Source: Tubulanus polymorphus (lineage: Eukaryota; Animalia; Nemertea). Taken from it: DNA of 64,000 nt. Shown piece by piece: positions 59,691 through 64,000 of the stretch (its first letter is position 1; each line of letters begins with the position of its first letter). The notes under the pieces are model-generated. The model saw only the letters and a list, made by a program, of their open reading frames with translations, ran no database searches and was not told where the DNA came from. A program made the position numbers and the translations under genes. The stretch spans positions 10,876,850 to 10,940,849 of the forward strand of contig NC_134029.1 of assembly GCF_964204645.1 (NCBI RefSeq), read 5' to 3'.

Positions 59691-60788
59691 CCGTTTTTCT
59701 TCGTTCGCCAATCGATAAACGAAAATTCAAATTCTTTATTTACAATTCAATTCAATTCAATATTTATTAACATTTGCTACATATAAAATATCGCGTAACA
59801 CACATGAATAAAGTTTGCATAGACAATGAAAAAAAAAAATTTACTCACACCAATTACAAGCGAAGTTACCTGACTCGAGTAAGAAAATAGACTCGTTGGG
59901 GCAGGGAACCAGTCTATTTAGAATACAAACGCGGTGATTAGGTTCGAATCCCATGCAGGCTATATTTATCTGCAGAACACAACAGACGCGTCGTAATATA
60001 TCTTTTTTCGGTTCGGGTTATTTAACTTCCTTGCGCATAATTAAAAATCCGGTACCGGTACGTCAGGTTTTCACCTCATTCCATGAAACTATTCGCCAGA
60101 ACATCATTATATAGCCCCCAACTGTTCGTCAGTCATTCACCCAATATAAAAAAAATGATAGCCAGACAATCGACATCAGCGTTTTGCTGCCACGTCAGGC
60201 ATACGCCAAAATTCGACGTCGATGTTGCATCGACCGCTGAACTAGGGGGGGTCAGACATAACATTGATAGCTGCATAAGCATAATTTGTTACCACAATCA
60301 ATTGCAAAGTTGTAGCTCATGACATTGTCTATGATTTTGGTGAGTTTTAAAGACATTTGTTTTTCTATGTGGTCACCAGGGGGTGTTGAATAGTAGAATA
60401 ACTTTGTATTTCTTATTAGATTTGGTACCTACGCATATTTTGTTACCATGATCAATTGCAAAGTTGTAGTTCATGACATGTTCTCTGATTGTGGTGAGTT
60501 TCATTGGGTTTTGGGTTTTGCATATTGTCACCAGGGGGCGTTGAATAGTAGAAAAACTTAGTATTTCCATATTAAATCGGTAACGAGGCATATTTTGTTA
60601 TCACAATCAATAAAAAAATCATAGCTGCTGAGATATTCTATGATTGTGGTGAGTTTCAAGGTCATTGGTTTTTGAATATGGTCACCAGGGGGCATGGAAT
60701 ATTGAAATTGTTAGATTGTTGATCATTTGAAACCACTTCCCAAGTGGAAATGATGCCGCATTGGCAAAATATCCACTTCCATATTTAA

Positions 60789-61558
60789 AGGCCGACTTCG
60801 AGTATAAAAAGCCCATCATCTGTCAGACATCGCCGTACCTCTGAACCCATGGAGCAGTCAAGAGCTCCAGTGTTGAAACTGGTATTTCCCTAATAGCTCC
60901 GTCAGTGAACCGATTTGGACCCTCCTTTTTTTCTGGGATAGGCCTATGTGTAAACATGTAATGGCTTAAAATTTAGTTTAAGCCCTCCTTCATGCATAAA
61001 TTAGCAATTTACTTAGCACATTCTTCAAATTTTCAAATCTTTGAATGACAAGCTGGGAGGAGTTATTCACCTCACCACAGAGAGCACAGTGACCTGTAGT
61101 CATAAACTTATGTAAACAAAACAGTTGCAGCTCTCTAGTGCGTAATTTTGGGGGTTAGAAAACTTTTGACCTGAAAGTTGTATCAAACTGAAAATTTATT
61201 TGTCATCTTAACTCCTCATCAGTAACAATGTGTGAAAATTTCATCAAAATCGGACAAAAATTGAATACATTGAAAATACAGATTTTGTGTTCAACTCCAT
61301 TATTACTGGAGGAATTCTTATCAAAAACATCTACAAAATCAGTGAATTCTAATTAAGAAGATTACTATGACCAAAATGATATCAAACAGATATGAAAATA
61401 GTTTTTTTTTATGTGTCACTGTGATACTGTGCGATACTGGTGTGTAAAGTAAACACTTTAAACAAACTACTGCTTGTTAGTTGCTAGTGGGATGTGGCCT
61501 GCACTGCATATCTCAAGTACCAACCGGTGGGTTTTTGGACCTCCATTTAAGTCGGCCT
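60789..61558. mobile_element. Kolobok-type MITE
   Basis: TTAA|AGGCCGACTT..AAGTCGGCCT|TTAA. Confidence 0.75.
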
Positions 61559-61562
61559 TTAA

Positions 61563-62480
61563 AGTCAATTTAGTTTCGATTTTCTTCGTCCTTTTCGGGA
61601 TATCTCGCTTAATTTTCGGTGTGCATACCTCGAAGAGGTCTTAATCGAATCAGTAGGGTTGTGCAATCCAGATAAATCATCGTTTTTATATCCATTTTGC
61701 GCTGTTTTGAAGGATTGATGAATATTTTCGAAAAATTGAGCTTTAGGCCATATAGAAAAAATTACCGGTACTTGATTCTCATCAGAAGTTGTGAAAAAAA
61801 TCATCGAGGAGGGAGGCTCAATGATATATGAAGACTAGCAAGACCTCTATTAGAGGTCTTGCTAGTCTTCATAGCACGGGTCAAAACAAAACAAATCTTA
61901 TTTGCCACTTCTAATTTCGCAAACAATGAACGTTACTTTGAACGTTATGTGTGCCAGAGCTAGCTTTCAATTATCAATAAACTTCATAAGTGTTTGCATG
62001 TTCTGGCAGCTAATAGATGACTTTTGTATAGGCCTATAAAATGTTGCAAGTGTGATTTGTTATCCCAGGCGGAAGTTTTATGTTTTATATATAAAATATG
62101 AAAAAACTCCAGGCAGCCGCTAAACTCTGTATGGGCACTGATACGAATCAAGTAATTTATTTTATATGGCCTTAAATCGGTGGAAACGACCGCCATTTTG
62201 TTCGTGTTTGTTTGTTTCTTTATGCAAATGAGCCGTTGCACGCATGCGCAATGAGGCAGGGATGCTTCAATTATATCATTGGGGAGGGAGGAGCTTCTTG
62301 TTGCATAAAGGAATAAACAAACACGAACAAAATGGCGGTCGTTCTCATCGTTATATGAAAATGAAAATGACGATTTATGTGGACTGCGCAACCCTACTGA
62401 GAGACCTATTTGAGGTATGCACAGCGAAAATGAAGCGAAATATCCCAAAAAGATTGAGGACAATCGAAAATAAATAGACT
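61563..62480. mobile_element. Kolobok-type MITE with ~140-bp TIRs
   Basis: TTAA|AGTCAATTTAGTTTCGATT..AATCGAAAATAAATAGACT|TTAG. Confidence 0.7.
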
Positions 62481-63906
62481 TTAGTCGTATACAGCAGGGT
62501 GTCTACATATGCTGATTGACCGTACATCGTTGCTGATTGGCTCATTTAACGCCATGAATGCGCTAAAGTGTGCGGCTATGAAAATTCAAGGGAAATGTTG
62601 AGTTCAGTGATAGATACATGAGGATCTAGCAGGATTCAAACCCAGGCCAGCGTATGGCTAGCGTTGCGTCTTTCCACTAGACCACAGAGCTCCACGTTTT
62701 AATACATATAACACTCACCCCCTCCCTATAAGGAAGAATATATTGAAAAATGGGAGTAAAAGACACGTAAAAAGATATGTTAAAACCGCATTTTATCCCA
62801 AGGATCTGCAAAAATTTTGAGTTAATTATTCAGAATTAAGGGAACTACTTTAAATATGGATTATAGTACCTATATGAATTTTACTCGACACACAAAAGTG
62901 AATAATGTTTGAAAAATGGGGTAAAAGACACGTAAAAAGATAAGATATGTTAAAACCGCATTTTATCCCAAGAATCTGCAAAAATTTTGAGTTATTTATT
63001 CAGTACTCGTGTTTCGCGGGACAGTTGTTTTGTAACACGTAGACCGCGTGCTCGTAATTCTCCGGGACTCGACCCTTAGTGATGCTGTGAAACCGGCATG
63101 CTTGTTATTCTAAAAAATTCGCACCGTTGCTGAGGGACTGTGCTTTTGGTGGGATTCGAATCCAGTCTTCCAATCGGTTTCTAGGGAGAAATCCGAACTA
63201 AAAACATTTTTGACATTGTTTGTAAATTTTCTTTGTAAATATTTGTTAATATATAGATGTGTCCCGGATATAAACGACACTTTTTGAGAAGGACTGTATG
63301 GAAAAATATAGAAAATTTGAATTTGCCTCATGCGCGATTAACTTAAAGAGCTTCCGGCTCGCGCATTCGGTGTTCGCTGTGCGCTTATTAACCCTATATA
63401 TGTTACATGCATTGCTGTCCAGTGACAAGCCTAATTAGACTTAACAAAGGGCACTCACACATAAGGCAATAGAAGTAGGCCTATCCCAGATGGATTAAAC
63501 CCGATTAAACTAGGCCTATATAAATTCTGGAAGGGGTTTATGCTCCTCTTTCCCCGTTCCTGAAATATTCAGTCAATTTCCTGGTGGACCACCTTAATAT
63601 CTCTTCAACCATTAGATATTTTCATTTTTCAGCATAGCAATTTGATAGAAAATTGAATCTAGTTTCAGAATAACGCAGTTCCTGTTTGGCTGGCAATCTG
63701 AACAAACTCTGCCTATTGATCAATTTTGAGCAATGGCTTACTATGTAATGGCTGCACTGCCAACTACAAGATGAATCATAGGGCCTAGTACCAACCAGGA
63801 ACACCCCGTATCATCAGGATGACACAGACCATGTTAAAAACACGTAATTTGAGAATGGGGCCTACAATACTTTTAATAATTCAGTTCTTGTCTGTTACTC
63901 TATTAG

Positions 63907-63953
63907 GTGAGAAGGTACTTTGCTTTCATGGACCATTACTATATGAGGCTAAG
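63907..63953 (+). CDS. MORF4L1: MRG15 coding exon 2, (G)EKVLCFHGPLLYEAK
   Basis: tattag|GTGAGAAGG..GCTAAG|gtaagt; 47 nt; hallmark VLCFHGPLLYEAK. Confidence 0.95.
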
Positions 63954-64000
63954 GTAAGTTACCTCTCGCTAAAATTTGGGTGTATAGTAGGCACTTAACC

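Larger units (their letters stand above)
51873..60275 (-). mobile_element. Zator-like DNA transposon, 8.4 kb, apparently autonomous
   Basis: ~45-bp TIRs TGCAGCTATCA..GTTATGTCTGACCCCCCCTAGTTCAGC; TAA TSD (51870-51872, 60276-60278); flanks rejoin into one HINE repeat unit; encloses the transposase gene. Confidence 0.85.
51284..60746 (+). mobile_element. Non-autonomous Helentron-like (HINE) repeat, split by the Zator-like insertion; second 5' copy at ~48663-48900
   Basis: TTTTTAGCTCACTTGGGACTTTAGTCCC start, GTCC motif, internal ~155-bp repeats (GGTCACCAGGGG) at 60280-60700, CCCAAGTG near the end. Confidence 0.6.
48239..60780. mobile_element. Composite MULE-like shell (GG..CC ends, ~35-bp TIRs, 8-9-bp TSD) containing nested elements
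   Basis: GGCAGGTGATATTTTGTCAATGCGGCATTATTCC vs reverse complement GGAAGTGGATATTTTGCCAATGCGGCATCATTTCC; ATATTTAA(A) at 48230-48238 and 60781-60789. Confidence 0.65.

Noticed and set aside
61827-61873. Perfect 47-bp palindrome
   Set aside because: Lies inside a MITE; most likely a collapsed foldback insertion with no evidence of function
1-64000. Prokaryotic or free viral origin of the contig
   Set aside because: A spliced MRG15 gene, a spliced transposase, eukaryotic TE families and a TSD-flanked Polinton indicate an animal chromosome

Overview
AT-rich animal (probably marine invertebrate) genomic DNA, about two thirds of it mobile elements. (1) 796-19794 is a full-length 19.0-kb Polinton/Maverick (endogenous polintovirus) with an ATCGTT 6-bp TSD and ~600-bp TIRs whose outer ~400 bp fold back on themselves. 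It encodes protein-primed PolB (1-nt frameshift), penton, major capsid protein (one nonsense codon), packaging ATPase, rve integrase-chromodomain, an HNH/EndoVII-like nuclease and a block of membrane proteins; no adenain-type protease is recognisable. 14 of its 18 genes start with TAAATG, and most membrane/capsid genes have an upstream T-tract, which matches poxvirus post-replicative promoter architecture. (2) 21.7-40.3 kb holds a decayed Helentron, a decayed DIRS-like retroelement, and two more related Polinton remnants, one apparently inserted into the other. (3) 42547-63953 contains exons 1 and 2 of host MRG15/MORF4L1, separated by a 21.3-kb intron packed with nested MITEs. That intron contains an apparently intact 8.4-kb Zator-like DNA transposon (TAA TSD) whose 5-exon gene reconstructs to a 1319-aa DDE transposase with an N-terminal CIDE-N domain. 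All calls come from reading motifs by eye; no database searches were run.
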